Assembly: GCA_965228895.1 (NCBI GenBank)
Contig: OZ245842.1
Location: forward strand, 2,336,001 to 2,400,000
From: Alphaproteobacteria bacterium
Lineage (GTDB): Bacteria > Pseudomonadota > Alphaproteobacteria > SP197
DNA: 64,000 nucleotides
Reading direction: 5' to 3'
Made by a program: the position numbers and the translations under genes
Notes under the pieces: model-generated
What the model was told of the DNA's origin: nothing
The model's database searches: none
Seen by the model: the letters and a program-made list of their open reading frames with translations, nothing else
Shown: positions 38,311 through 48,441 of the stretch, piece after piece
Layout of the letters: the number at the start of each line of letters is the position of its first letter
How positions within the stretch are numbered: the stretch's first letter is position 1

Positions 38311-41166
38311 ATGCACAAGTCGATCCGCATCCGCGGCGCGCGCGAACACAATCTGAAAAACGTGGATCTTGAGATCCCGCGCGACCGCCTTGTGGTGATC
38401 ACGGGACTGAGCGGCTCGGGCAAGTCGTCGCTGGCGTTCGACACAATCTATGCCGAAGGCCAGCGACGTTACGTCGAGAGCCTGTCGGCCTATGCCCGTC
38501 AGTTCCTGGAGCTGATGGAAAAGCCGGATGTCGAGCATATCGAGGGCCTGTCGCCAGCGATCTCCATCGAGCAGAAGACGACCTCGAAGAACCCGCGTTC
38601 GACCGTCGGCACGGTGACCGAGATCCACGACTACATGCGCCTTCTATGGGCGCGCGTCGGCGTGCCCTATTCGCCGGCGACCGGCCTGCCGATCGAAAGC
38701 CAGACCGTTAGCCAAATGGTCGACCGCGTCATGGCGATGGAGGCTGGCACCCGGTTGATGCTGCTCGCGCCGATCGTCCGGGGCCGCAAGGGCGAATACC
38801 GCAAGGAGATGGCCGAGCTGATGAAGCGCGGCTTCCAGCGGGTCAAGATCGATGGCGAGGTCTATCAGATCGAAGATGCGCCGAAGCTCAACAAGAAGCT
38901 GAAGCACAACATCGAGGTCGTGGTCGACCGTGTGGTTGTGCGCGAAGGCTTGGAGACGCGGCTGGCCGACAGCATCGAGATGGCGCTCAGCCTGGCCGAC
39001 GGCCTGGTCTTCGCCGAAAACGCGGATACCGGCGACCAGACCATTTTCTCAGCCAAGTTCGCCTGCCCCGTCTCCGGCTTCACCATCGACGAGATCGAAC
39101 CGCGCCTGTTCTCGTTCAACAATCCGTTCGGCGCCTGCCCCGCCTGTGACGGTCTGGGCTCCAGGCTTTACTTCGATCCGGAACTCGTTGTACCCGACGA
39201 GCGCTTGTCGCTGGGCAAAGGCGCGATCGCGCCATGGGCCAACTCGTCATCGCAGTACTACGTGCAAACCCTGGAATCGCTGGCCACCCACTTCGGCGAG
39301 GACATGACAACGCCTTGGGCGACGCTGCCCAAGGTCATGCGCGAGACCATTCTCTATGGTTCCGGCGATGAACCGGTGACCATGACCTTCGATGACGGCT
39401 TGAGGACCTACGAAACCCACAAGCCTTACGAAGGCGTCATTCCCAATATGGACCGGCGCTGGCGTGAGACGGAAAGCGAGTGGGTGCGCGAGGAGCTCGC
39501 CAAGTACCACAATACCGCGCCGTGCGAATCCTGCGGCGGCTATCGGCTGAAACCGGAATCTCTGGCGGTCAAGATCGACCGGCTACATATCGGCGAGGTC
39601 AGCGGGATGTCGATCGGCGGCGCCGGCCGTTGGTTCGAAGAGCTGGAAGCCAAGCTCAGCGAAAAGCAGCAGGCGATCGCCCATCGAATCCTGAAGGAGA
39701 TCAACGAGCGCCTGGGTTTCCTGAACAAGGTCGGTTTGGAGTATCTGACCCTGTCGCGTAACTCAGGATCGCTGTCGGGCGGTGAAAGCCAGCGTATCCG
39801 TTTGGCATCACAGATCGGCTCGGGTCTGACCGGCGTGCTCTATGTGCTCGACGAACCGAGCATCGGCCTGCATCAACGTGACAATCAGCGCCTTTTGGAC
39901 ACGCTGGTGCGCCTGCGCGACCTCGGAAACACGGTGATCGTCGTTGAACACGACGAAGAAGCGATCCGCGCCGCCGAATACGTCGTCGATATGGGGCCGG
40001 GGGCCGGCGAACATGGCGGCAAGGTCGTCGCCCAAGGCCTGCCGGCCGAGGTGATGGCCAATCCCGACAGCCTGACCGGCCAGTATCTGACCGGCATGCG
40101 CCAGATCGAGGTGCCGAAGAAACGCCGCAAGGGCAAGAAAAAGCAGGCGCTGAAGGTCGTCGGCGCAACCGCGAACAACCTGCAGAAGGTAACCGCGACC
40201 ATCCCGCTGGGCACCTTCACCTGTGTGACGGGGGTTTCGGGCGGCGGCAAGTCGACCCTGATCATCGAAACGCTCTATCAGGCGCTGGCCAAGAAGCTGA
40301 ACGGCGCGCGCATGCATCCAGGCGCCCACGACAAGCTGACGGGCACGGAATTCCTCGACAAGGTCGTCGATATCGACCAGTCGCCGATTGGCCGGACACC
40401 TCGGTCCAATCCGGCAACCTATACCGGCGCCTTCACGCCGATCCGTGACTGGTTCGCCGGTCTGCCGGAAGCCAAGGCGCGCGGCTACAAACCGGGCCGG
40501 TTCAGCTTCAACGTCAAGGGCGGTCGTTGCGAGGCCTGCCAGGGCGACGGATTAATCAAGATAGAGATGCACTTCCTGCCGGATGTTTATGTCCAGTGTG
40601 ATGTCTGTAAGGGCGCCCGGTACAATCGAGAAACACTCGAAGTTCTGTTCAAAGACAAGTCGATAGCCGATGTCCTTGATATGACAGTCGAAGAAGGGCT
40701 TGGTTTTTTCAGTGCTGTGCCAGCCATTCGCCAGAAACTTGAGATGTTGAATCGGGTCGGGCTCGGCTACATCAAGGTCGGCCAGCCGGCGACCACGCTT
40801 TCCGGCGGCGAGGCCCAGCGGGTAAAGCTGGCCAAGGAGCTGTCACGCCGCGCGACCGGACGGACCCTCTATATCCTGGATGAACCGACCACCGGCCTCC
40901 ATTTCGAAGACGTCCGGAAACTGCTCGAGGTGCTCCATGCGCTCGTCGAGCAAGGCAACACGGTGGTCGTGATCGAGCACAATCTGGAGGTCATCAAGAC
41001 CGCCGATTGGATCATCGATCTGGGTCCCGAAGGCGGCGACGGCGGCGGCCGCATCGTCGCAGCCGGCACCCCCGAAGCGGTCAGCGGCGTCGATGAGAGC
41101 TACACCGGGCACTACCTGGCCGGATTGCTCAAGCCATCACGCAAAACGGCAGACGCCGCCGAATAG
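38311..41166 (+). CDS. uvrA: Excinuclease ABC subunit A
   Basis: [21 protein letters not shown], two LSGGE/DEP cassettes, zinc fingers. Confidence 0.97.
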   Translation: MHKSIRIRGAREHNLKNVDLEIPRDRLVVITGLSGSGKSSLAFDTIYAEGQRRYVESLSAYARQFLELMEKPDVEHIEGLSPAISIEQKTTSKNPRSTVGTVTEIHDYMRLLWARVGVPYSPATGLPIESQTVSQMVDRVMAMEAGTRLMLLAPIVRGRKGEYRKEMAELMKRGFQRVKIDGEVYQIEDAPKLNKKLKHNIEVVVDRVVVREGLETRLADSIEMALSLADGLVFAENADTGDQTIFSAKFACPVSGFTIDEIEPRLFSFNNPFGACPACDGLGSRLYFDPELVVPDERLSLGKGAIAPWANSSSQYYVQTLESLATHFGEDMTTPWATLPKVMRETILYGSGDEPVTMTFDDGLRTYETHKPYEGVIPNMDRRWRETESEWVREELAKYHNTAPCESCGGYRLKPESLAVKIDRLHIGEVSGMSIGGAGRWFEELEAKLSEKQQAIAHRILKEINERLGFLNKVGLEYLTLSRNSGSLSGGESQRIRLASQIGSGLTGVLYVLDEPSIGLHQRDNQRLLDTLVRLRDLGNTVIVVEHDEEAIRAAEYVVDMGPGAGEHGGKVVAQGLPAEVMANPDSLTGQYLTGMRQIEVPKKRRKGKKKQALKVVGATANNLQKVTATIPLGTFTCVTGVSGGGKSTLIIETLYQALAKKLNGARMHPGAHDKLTGTEFLDKVVDIDQSPIGRTPRSNPATYTGAFTPIRDWFAGLPEAKARGYKPGRFSFNVKGGRCEACQGDGLIKIEMHFLPDVYVQCDVCKGARYNRETLEVLFKDKSIADVLDMTVEEGLGFFSAVPAIRQKLEMLNRVGLGYIKVGQPATTLSGGEAQRVKLAKELSRRATGRTLYILDEPTTGLHFEDVRKLLEVLHALVEQGNTVVVIEHNLEVIKTADWIIDLGPEGGDGGGRIVAAGTPEAVSGVDESYTGHYLAGLLKPSRKTADAAE

Positions 41167-41177
41167 GGCAATTGGAC

Positions 41178-41588
41178 CTACATCAACTGCTCGAGCGACT
41201 CCTGAGCCCGGCCCGCGGCATCTTTGGCGGTGACGATGTCATTGGAGCCGAGGCCCGACAGGGCTGATGTCAGTGCGCTTTCCAGGGCGAAACGTGTGTC
41301 CGCATCGCTGGTGTCGGCGATAGCGCCGGCGCCCATGCCCTCACAGGGGTTGCCGGCGGCCGCGTTGAAGCCGACACCGTCGGGACCGACCAGGCAGTTC
41401 ACGACATGCTGCAGGTGCGTGTGGACGTCGCCGATTTCGGCGCCGTTCGACGCATAGCCAGCATGGATAGAGGCTTCGGCGACCTCCTCCGCAGCATCAT
41501 CGGCCTGCACAGGCTGCGTCGCGATCAAGAACAAAGACGCTGTCGCGAAGACAAAGCCTTTCAAAACAATTCCGGTGGCGTGTGTCAT
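41178..41588 (-). CDS. Small secreted helical protein with His cluster and two Cys
   Basis: GGAGGA SD, signal peptide (VQA|DD), HAGYA, HTHLQHVVNC, GNPC. Confidence 0.7.
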   Translation of the reverse strand: MTHATGIVLKGFVFATASLFLIATQPVQADDAAEEVAEASIHAGYASNGAEIGDVHTHLQHVVNCLVGPDGVGFNAAAGNPCEGMGAGAIADTSDADTRFALESALTSALSGLGSNDIVTAKDAAGRAQESLEQLM

Positions 41589-41675
41589 GGTCCTCCCAAT
41601 TCCTCGACCAGTTAGAGGAAAGCCCCCCAGGGCTGTTGGATCATAGGACACCGCCAGTTAAGCGTGAAACCATCT

Positions 41676-41711
41676 AAAGTGGCGGAGGCCGCAGGTAACC
41701 TCCGCCATTTT
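41676..41711 (-). terminator. Stem-loop, probable terminator of the 41805 gene
   Basis: AAAGTGGCGGAGG...CCTCCGCCATTTT. Confidence 0.6.
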
Positions 41712-41804
41712 CTTGACGAAATGTTGGCAGTCCAGCGTCAATTTGAGAGCCGGTCAGGTTGGGTCGATCCGTTCGGCGAGCCAACCCAACCATGTGAACT
41801 TGTT

Positions 41805-42941
41805 TTAGACGCCGGCCTTCACCTCTTCCCACATGGTCGTGACCTTATCCAGGTTGTTCATGTAGCGGGTGAACTCGGTGCCGGCCAGGAAGGTATCGAC
41901 GTCCTTGGCCAGGCCGATCGAATGCAGGAACTCTTCGGAGAACGGCTCGTAGGCCTTCTTGTTGGCGTGGCCGTAGTACCAGTTCTCGATCTCAAAGATG
42001 CCGGCCTCCGGCGACAGGAAGGAGTCGATGACATCGTGGGCCTTGTCGTACATGCCGTGTTCGATGGCGGCGGGATGGATGCATAGGCCGCAGACCCAGG
42101 TGATGGCGCCCTCCTTGGGGTTCATCCACACCCAATCGGCCTCGGGGTCGGCTTCCTGCACGTTCCAGATCAGCGAGTTCCAACCGACCGCGATGACGAC
42201 CTCGCCGGACGCCATGGTCTGCGCGATTTCCGTCATGGAGCGGCCGAGCGTGCGGTTGAGCGGCATCTGTTCGGCGAGTTTGGCGTGAACCTGCTCTAAC
42301 GCCTGGTCATCGAGGTTCCAGGGATCCAAACCAAGAACCAAAGACGCGATGATCGCGGCATCGGATGAATAGTCTATCATCGAGACGCGACCGCTGTATT
42401 TCTCGTCCCACAGCGCCGTCCAGGTCTGGTCATCCGGTGCGGCGTACTCCGGCGCCAAATCGCCCCGCAGCATGACCGAGGTCTGCCCCCAGTCCTCGGG
42501 CACAAACACCCGCTCACCGTTGATCACGGTGTCCGGCAGGTCCTTGAAGCTCTGAATGATGTCGGGCCAGTTGCTCAGCTTGCCGGTATCGATCGGCGCC
42601 AGGAAACCGGCGTCGTACCAGATCGGCACGACCGCCGAGCAGGGAAAGGTGATGTCCGGCTGGTAGCCGGCGCGCATTTTGTTGAAGGCGGAATCTTCGT
42701 CGTCAAAGAACGTGTAATTCGGTTCGGCGCCATGTTTCGCGACATAGTGCGTCATGAACTCCGGACTGTCATAGCCAACCCAGGTGAAGAAGACGGGATG
42801 TTCGCCTTCCTGCGCCAAGGCGTTCGATCCGACCATCGGCATCATCGCGGGGACGACGCCGAACGCGCCCATCAGTTGCTTGGCCTGGCGGCGGGTGATC
42901 TTGCCGCTAAACAAGAGATCCTGGAATTGACTGACGTCCAT
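41805..42941 (-). CDS. Orphan PotD/PotF-family substrate-binding protein, Tat-like signal
   Basis: ITRRQA, FTWVGYD, AFNKMRAG, DWGQTS, PKEGAITWVCG; clear paralog of 15752-16906. Confidence 0.88.
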   Translation of the reverse strand: MDVSQFQDLLFSGKITRRQAKQLMGAFGVVPAMMPMVGSNALAQEGEHPVFFTWVGYDSPEFMTHYVAKHGAEPNYTFFDDEDSAFNKMRAGYQPDITFPCSAVVPIWYDAGFLAPIDTGKLSNWPDIIQSFKDLPDTVINGERVFVPEDWGQTSVMLRGDLAPEYAAPDDQTWTALWDEKYSGRVSMIDYSSDAAIIASLVLGLDPWNLDDQALEQVHAKLAEQMPLNRTLGRSMTEIAQTMASGEVVIAVGWNSLIWNVQEADPEADWVWMNPKEGAITWVCGLCIHPAAIEHGMYDKAHDVIDSFLSPEAGIFEIENWYYGHANKKAYEPFSEEFLHSIGLAKDVDTFLAGTEFTRYMNNLDKVTTMWEEVKAGV

Positions 42942-43061
42942 GTCGCACTCCCTTCCCGCAGCGGCGGCCACGGCGGCCGCGCCGCATGTGTCTGTTGGTT
43001 GAGAACGTTCTCTCGAATAAAAGCCTAGCACGGAAACAATCCGGGCTTGCAACCGTTGCGG

Positions 43062-44219
43062 TTAGGTGCGCCGGAAGTGTTTGCTCAAGGCAAGGGCCTG
43101 GCCTTGGTAGTGGCTGCCCAGATCGGCGCCATAGAGCTTGTCGGGCACCTGCATCAACCGCTCGTAGCGCAGCCGCCCCATCATCTGGCCGTGCTCAAGC
43201 AGAAACGGCACCTCGTGGCTTCTGACTTCCAGGACCGCGCGCGATCCGGCGTCGTCGTCCGGGCTCCAGCCGAAGCCGGGATCGAAGAAGCCGGCATAGT
43301 GCACACGAAACTCACCGACCAGAGTGTCATAGGCGACCATCTCGGCAGCGTGTTCGGGCGGCACCTTGACCCGCTCCCGGGTCGCCAGGATGTAGAAGTC
43401 GTCGGGATTGAGAATCAATCCCCGGCCCGGCCTGGCGTGGATTGGCTCCCAATAGTCTTCGGGATCCAGCACGCCCTTTTTGTCGACATCGATAACGTCG
43501 GCATGCTGCTTGGCCTTGTAGCCGACCAGCGAACCTGCGCCCTCACCCTCCAGATCCAAGGTGAAGGCGATGGAATCGTCGCGGATCGATTGGGCGCCGT
43601 CGGGCGTGTCGACCAAGCGGTACTGCTCATGCAGCCGCTCCAGCGTGTCGCGCCCAAACTGGGGCGAGCCACGCCGCAGTCTGAGCTGGCACAGCCTCGA
43701 CCCCGGCCTGACGACAACGCTGAACGTGCGCGGCGAGACCTCGGCATAGAGCTTGCCCTTGTATCCCTTGGGGATGCGGTCGAACTCGGTGCCGTAGTCG
43801 GTGATGATGCGGGTGAAGATATCCAGCCTGCCGGTCGAACTCTTCGGGTTGGCGATACCCGCGATGTCGCCGGACAGGCGCAGTTCCTCCTGGATCGGCA
43901 CGATATAGACGCAGCCGCACTCCAGCACCGCACCACCGGCAAGATCGATCTGGTGCATACCGAGTTCGCGCAGTTTGCCCTCGACCGGCGCGCGCTTGCC
44001 GGTCAGGAAGCTGGCGCGGACGCGCCATGCCACGTCACCCAGGCGCAGGTCGATGCTGGACGGCTGGATCTGGTCGTCGTCAAGCGGCGACGCGGGCAGG
44101 ATATCGGCGCCAATCAGTTCGCGGATGCGCTGCGACGGCAGGACGCCGGTGGTAAACCCGGACTGCGCCTTGTTGCCGTCTTCGGCCATAGGAAAGAGTG
44201 GCGTCGGCGCCTGAGCCAT
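43062..44219 (-). CDS. dcd: dCTP deaminase (long alphaproteobacterial type)
   Basis: IQPSSIDLRLG, NPKSSTGRLD, HYAGFFDPGFG, YQGQALALSKHF. Confidence 0.9.
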   Translation of the reverse strand: MAQAPTPLFPMAEDGNKAQSGFTTGVLPSQRIRELIGADILPASPLDDDQIQPSSIDLRLGDVAWRVRASFLTGKRAPVEGKLRELGMHQIDLAGGAVLECGCVYIVPIQEELRLSGDIAGIANPKSSTGRLDIFTRIITDYGTEFDRIPKGYKGKLYAEVSPRTFSVVVRPGSRLCQLRLRRGSPQFGRDTLERLHEQYRLVDTPDGAQSIRDDSIAFTLDLEGEGAGSLVGYKAKQHADVIDVDKKGVLDPEDYWEPIHARPGRGLILNPDDFYILATRERVKVPPEHAAEMVAYDTLVGEFRVHYAGFFDPGFGWSPDDDAGSRAVLEVRSHEVPFLLEHGQMMGRLRYERLMQVPDKLYGADLGSHYQGQALALSKHFRRT

Positions 44220-44484
44220 GGCGTGCCGATCCTGTGCAAGCTGTGAGAGCTTAACCTAACAGGTGCCCGCGTCGGCGAAAGGTCGGATGCGCCAAGTTTG
44301 ACCACAAAACATCATCATAATGTTCCACATGAAGTGGAGTCGTTTTCTTATTCTGTTTCAAAGGCTTCGAGACCTGTCCTCACTTTACACTGACTGAAGA
44401 ACACTGTTCCATCCACCGTAGAGCCGACCCGGACGTCGCACGGCGCCTGTTGACGATCACCGGCGGGGGCTCTACCTCGCCTGC

Positions 44485-45831
44485 ATGGGACAGAGGATCC
44501 ACGTTATCGGCGGCGGGTTGGCCGGATCAGAGGCAGCGTGGCAGATCGCGCGCGCCGGCCTTGCCGTCGTGCTGCACGAGATGCGGCCGGTCAAAGGCAC
44601 GGACGCCCACAAGACCGACAGTCTGGCCGAACTGGTGTGTTCGAACTCCTTCCGCTCCGACGATGCCGAAAACAACGCGGTCGGCCTGCTGCACGAGGAA
44701 CTTAGGCGCGGCGGTTCGGTGATCATGGCCGCCGCCGATCGCCACCAGGTGCCGGCAGGCGGCGCGCTGGCGGTCGACCGCGATGGTTTTGCCGCCTCGG
44801 TCCAGCAGATGATCGAGAGCGAACCGCTGATCACGATCAAACGCGACGAGGTGACCGCCCTGCCCGATGCCGATTGGGGCCAGGTCATTGTCGCCACCGG
44901 ACCGCTGACGTCGGAAAGCCTGGCCGCGGACATCCGCGCGGCGACCGGCGAAGAACATCTGGCCTTCTTCGACGCCATCGCACCCATCGTCCACCGCGAC
45001 AGCATTGACATGGATATAGCGTGGTTCCAGTCACGCTATGACAAGGCAGGCCCCGGCGGCGACCGGGCGGCCTACATCAACTGCCCGATGGATATGGCGC
45101 AGTACGACGCCTTCATTGATGCGCTGATGGCGGCCGAAAAGACCGAATTCAAGGCATGGGAGGAAGACACGCCCTATTTCGAGGGCTGTCTGCCGATCGA
45201 GGTCATGGCCGAACGCGGCCGCAACACGCTGCGTTATGGGCCGATGAAGCCGGTTGGCCTGACCGACCCGAACACCGACGCGAAGCCGTTCGCTGTCGTG
45301 CAATTGCGCCAGGACAACGCGCTGGGCACGCTCTTCAACATGGTGGGCTTCCAGACCAAGCTGAAATACGGCGCGCAGACCGAGGTCTTTCGCATGATCC
45401 CGGGACTTCATAACGCGCAGTTCGCGCGCCTGGGCGGCATTCACCGCAATACCTTTATCAACAGCCCGCGACTCCTGGACGGTGCGCTCAGGCTGAGGCG
45501 CCGGCCGCACCTGCGTTTCGCGGGCCAGATCACCGGGGTCGAGGGCTATGTCGAGAGCACGGCGCTGGGCCTTCTGGCCGGGCGCTTCGCGGTTCTGGAA
45601 GCCGCCGGCCGGGCGATCATTCCGCCGCCGTCGACGACCGCGCTGGGCGCCCTGCTCAATCACGTGACCATCGGCGCCGATGCCAAGACCTTCCAGCCCA
45701 TGAACTGCAATTTCGGACTCTTCCCGCCGCCCGACCCGCGTCTGCACAAGTCCGAGCGCCGGGCGTCCTTTGTCAGCCGCGCGCGCCACGACCTCAGCAT
45801 CTGGCTCGGCGAGGCGGAGGCCGCGCAGTAG
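44485..45831 (+). CDS. trmFO: Folate/FAD-dependent tRNA U54 methyltransferase
   Basis: [47 protein letters not shown]. Confidence 0.95.
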   Translation: MGQRIHVIGGGLAGSEAAWQIARAGLAVVLHEMRPVKGTDAHKTDSLAELVCSNSFRSDDAENNAVGLLHEELRRGGSVIMAAADRHQVPAGGALAVDRDGFAASVQQMIESEPLITIKRDEVTALPDADWGQVIVATGPLTSESLAADIRAATGEEHLAFFDAIAPIVHRDSIDMDIAWFQSRYDKAGPGGDRAAYINCPMDMAQYDAFIDALMAAEKTEFKAWEEDTPYFEGCLPIEVMAERGRNTLRYGPMKPVGLTDPNTDAKPFAVVQLRQDNALGTLFNMVGFQTKLKYGAQTEVFRMIPGLHNAQFARLGGIHRNTFINSPRLLDGALRLRRRPHLRFAGQITGVEGYVESTALGLLAGRFAVLEAAGRAIIPPPSTTALGALLNHVTIGADAKTFQPMNCNFGLFPPPDPRLHKSERRASFVSRARHDLSIWLGEAEAAQ

Positions 45832-45837
45832 GCCGGG

Positions 45838-46689
45838 CTAGAGCCGTTTCGTCATGGCGTGGAAGGCCGCCTTTACCATGCGCCCCGCGCTTCGTTCGGC
45901 AACCCGTGGATTGAAGACGTCATAGCCAAGCCTGCGCATCCGGGCGAGGTCGCTGTTCGCTAAGGATACCGGCAAAAGGGCCGGCACCGCCGCGCTGGGC
46001 AACGCCTGCGACAAGGCCCGGGCACGCTTGGTGTGCTCACGAGCCAAGGCGGCGACTGCCCCAACGGTTGCCGCCAACGCCGGACTGTTCCTGCCGGACC
46101 TGAGTTCGCGTTCGGTCAGGCCGTACGCAGCCATGGTCTCGGACGGCAGCAGGACGCGTCCGGCGGCCAGGAAGTGCGGTGTTGCGCGCAACAGACCTGT
46201 CATCGCTTGCGCGGTTCCCGTTGCTTCGGCCGCCTCGTGCGCGACCTCTCCTCTGACACCGAGCACGCCGAGTGCCAGTTCGACCACCGGTGAGGCCGTG
46301 CGCCGAGCGTAGGTTTCCAGCGCCTCGAGCGTCTTGGGTTGGGTTGCCTCCAGATCCGCGCCACGAGCGTCGACGAGCGCATCGAGCAGGTTGCGGTCGA
46401 GGTCATAGCGTTCGATCGCCGGCTGCAGCGCCGTCACCACGTCATGGCGACGAAACGTGCCGCCATAAAGGCCCTCGATCGCCTCGCGCCACCACTGCAG
46501 GCGGATCTCGCCCAGCATCGGCTCGCTGATCTTGTCCTGGACCGCCGCAAGCTCCGCATTGAAGGCATAGATCGCCAACAGGTCCTCGCGCCGGTCCGGC
46601 GGCGCAAAGAGAGCACAAAACCAGCGATCCCGGTCATAGCGTTTGACCGCGACCGCACATGCCGACAGATTGGCGTCAGCGCGGCCCAC
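45838..46689 (-). CDS. Squalene/phytoene-synthase-fold protein, NDUFAF6-like
   Basis: IYAFNAELA, EPMLGEIRLQWWRE; lacks a DDxxD motif. Start uncertain (GTG 46689 chosen to avoid overlap with hpnC). Confidence 0.8.
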   Translation of the reverse strand: MGRADANLSACAVAVKRYDRDRWFCALFAPPDRREDLLAIYAFNAELAAVQDKISEPMLGEIRLQWWREAIEGLYGGTFRRHDVVTALQPAIERYDLDRNLLDALVDARGADLEATQPKTLEALETYARRTASPVVELALGVLGVRGEVAHEAAEATGTAQAMTGLLRATPHFLAAGRVLLPSETMAAYGLTERELRSGRNSPALAATVGAVAALAREHTKRARALSQALPSAAVPALLPVSLANSDLARMRRLGYDVFNPRVAERSAGRMVKAAFHAMTKRL

Positions 46690-46744
46690 ATTGCCCCCAG
46701 ACCCAAATGGAATGACTGCTCCGTCCGCACATTGTGGCACGATC

Positions 46745-47581
46745 ATGGAGGTTCAAGCGCCGTCCCGCGACCATACATCGGAGAATTTCCCCGTTGCCTC
46801 CTGGCTGTTGCCCAAGGAGAGCCGGCCGCATGTGCTCGCGTTCTACCGCTTCGCCCGCGCCGCCGACGATATCGCCGACGGGACCGAGCGCACGGTGGCC
46901 GAAAAATGCGACCGCCTGGACCGTATGCTGGGCGTCCTGGACGGCGCGGCACCGGCAAGCGGGCCTGAGCAAGCCGCAGCCCGTCTTGTTGAAAGCCTGG
47001 CACAAACCGGCGTCACCGATCAGTACGCGCGCCAGGTGCTGCAGGCGTTCCGTCGGGATGCCGAAAACCCGCGCTGCCGGACCTGGAGCGATCTGATGCT
47101 CTATTGCCGCTATTCGGCCGCTCCGGTCGGACGGCTCCTGATCGACACCACCGGCGAGGATGCCGCCGCCTACCCGGCGTCGGATGCCCTATGCGCAGCG
47201 CTTCAGGTGCTGAATCACATGCAGGACTGCGGTGACGACCGTCGGCGCATCGACCGCGTCTACATCCCGACCGACTGGCTGGCCAGCGAGGGCGCGTCGG
47301 TGGAGGATCTGGACAATAATCAGGCGAGCCCCGGACTGCGCAAGGTCCTCGATCGCTGTCTCGACGGCGTCGACGTCCTGCTGACCCAGGCCGCGCCGCT
47401 CTCGCGCCTGCTGGGTCGCAGTCGGTTGCGCTACGACGCTGCGGTCATCTATGAAATCGCCTGCCGGCTCACACAACGGCTTCGGCGCAGCGACCCGCTG
47501 GCGCGGCGGATCGCGCTGAGCAAACCCGAGCGCGGCATCTGCCTGGTTCGCGGCCTGGTTCGAGGCTTGCAACACCGATGA
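46745..47581 (+). CDS. hpnC: Squalene biosynthesis protein HpnC
   Basis: ENFPVASWLL, FARAADDIAD, YCRYSAAPVGR, LNHMQDC. Confidence 0.9.
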   Translation: MEVQAPSRDHTSENFPVASWLLPKESRPHVLAFYRFARAADDIADGTERTVAEKCDRLDRMLGVLDGAAPASGPEQAAARLVESLAQTGVTDQYARQVLQAFRRDAENPRCRTWSDLMLYCRYSAAPVGRLLIDTTGEDAAAYPASDALCAALQVLNHMQDCGDDRRRIDRVYIPTDWLASEGASVEDLDNNQASPGLRKVLDRCLDGVDVLLTQAAPLSRLLGRSRLRYDAAVIYEIACRLTQRLRRSDPLARRIALSKPERGICLVRGLVRGLQHR

Positions 47582-48441
47582 CACAGGCGGCCGACAGGAT
47601 AGGCGAAGCCGAGAGTTGGGCTCATGTCGAACGTCTCGTTCAGGGCTCCAAGAGCTCGTTCTACTGGGCGATGCGGCTGCTGCCGGCCGCCAAGCGCCGC
47701 GCCATGTTCGCGATCTACGCCTATTGCCGGGAACTCGACGACATCGCCGACGAACCGGCCCCCGAAACCGAGAAACAGCAAGGGCTTGCCGCGTGGCGGA
47801 AGGAAGTGAACGCTGTTTATGAGAACGCGCCGACGACGCCACTGGGGCGGACGCTGAACGATGTGCGCCAGCACTACCCAATCCGGCGCGACGATCTGCT
47901 TGCGGTCATCGACGGGGTCGAGACCGATGCCGACGGCCCCGTGGTTCGGCCCAGCCTGGCCGACCTCGAACTCTATTGTGACCGTGTTGCGGGCGCGGTC
48001 GGCCTGCTATCCGTCGCCGTTTTTGGGGCCACCGGGAGCGCGGGCAAAGCGCTCGCGCGTTCGCTGGGCCGCGCGCTTCAGTTCACGAACATCTTGAGAG
48101 ACCTGCGGGAGGATGCCGCTGATGGTCGCGTCTATCTGCCGGACGAGTGGCTGCGCGATGCCGGCATCGAAGCCAGGTCGCCGGCAACGATCATGGCCGA
48201 TCCCGCCTTGGCTGGCGTGTGCCGCACCATGGCGGCCGCAGCCAACAGCTATTTCGAGCAAGCGGATAGCGCCCTGGCAGACTGCGACCGTCGCGCCGTG
48301 CGCCCGGCGGTCGTGATGATGGTGAGTTATCGCCGGCTGTTGCACAAAATGGAGCGGCGCGGCTGGCCGCCGGCGGGTGACAAGGTTCGCCTTTCGGCAA
48401 TGGAAAAGCTTGCTATCGGCGTCTATCACGGCCTGCTGTGA
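47578..48441 (+). CDS. hpnD: Presqualene diphosphate synthase HpnD
   Basis: SSFYWAM, YCRELDDIAD, YCDRVAGAVG, TNILRD. Confidence 0.92.
   Translation: MTQAADRIGEAESWAHVERLVQGSKSSFYWAMRLLPAAKRRAMFAIYAYCRELDDIADEPAPETEKQQGLAAWRKEVNAVYENAPTTPLGRTLNDVRQHYPIRRDDLLAVIDGVETDADGPVVRPSLADLELYCDRVAGAVGLLSVAVFGATGSAGKALARSLGRALQFTNILRDLREDAADGRVYLPDEWLRDAGIEARSPATIMADPALAGVCRTMAAAANSYFEQADSALADCDRRAVRPAVVMMVSYRRLLHKMERRGWPPAGDKVRLSAMEKLAIGVYHGLL

Noticed and set aside
41755-41792. Imperfect GGTTTGGGTCG...CAACCCAACC hairpin as a REP element
   Set aside because: Single imperfect copy in the window; cannot be distinguished from a 3' stem-loop of the adjacent gene
44220-44484. AT-rich gap between dcd and trmFO as a riboswitch or sRNA
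   Set aside because: No recognisable aptamer motif or convincing stems; most simply divergent promoters
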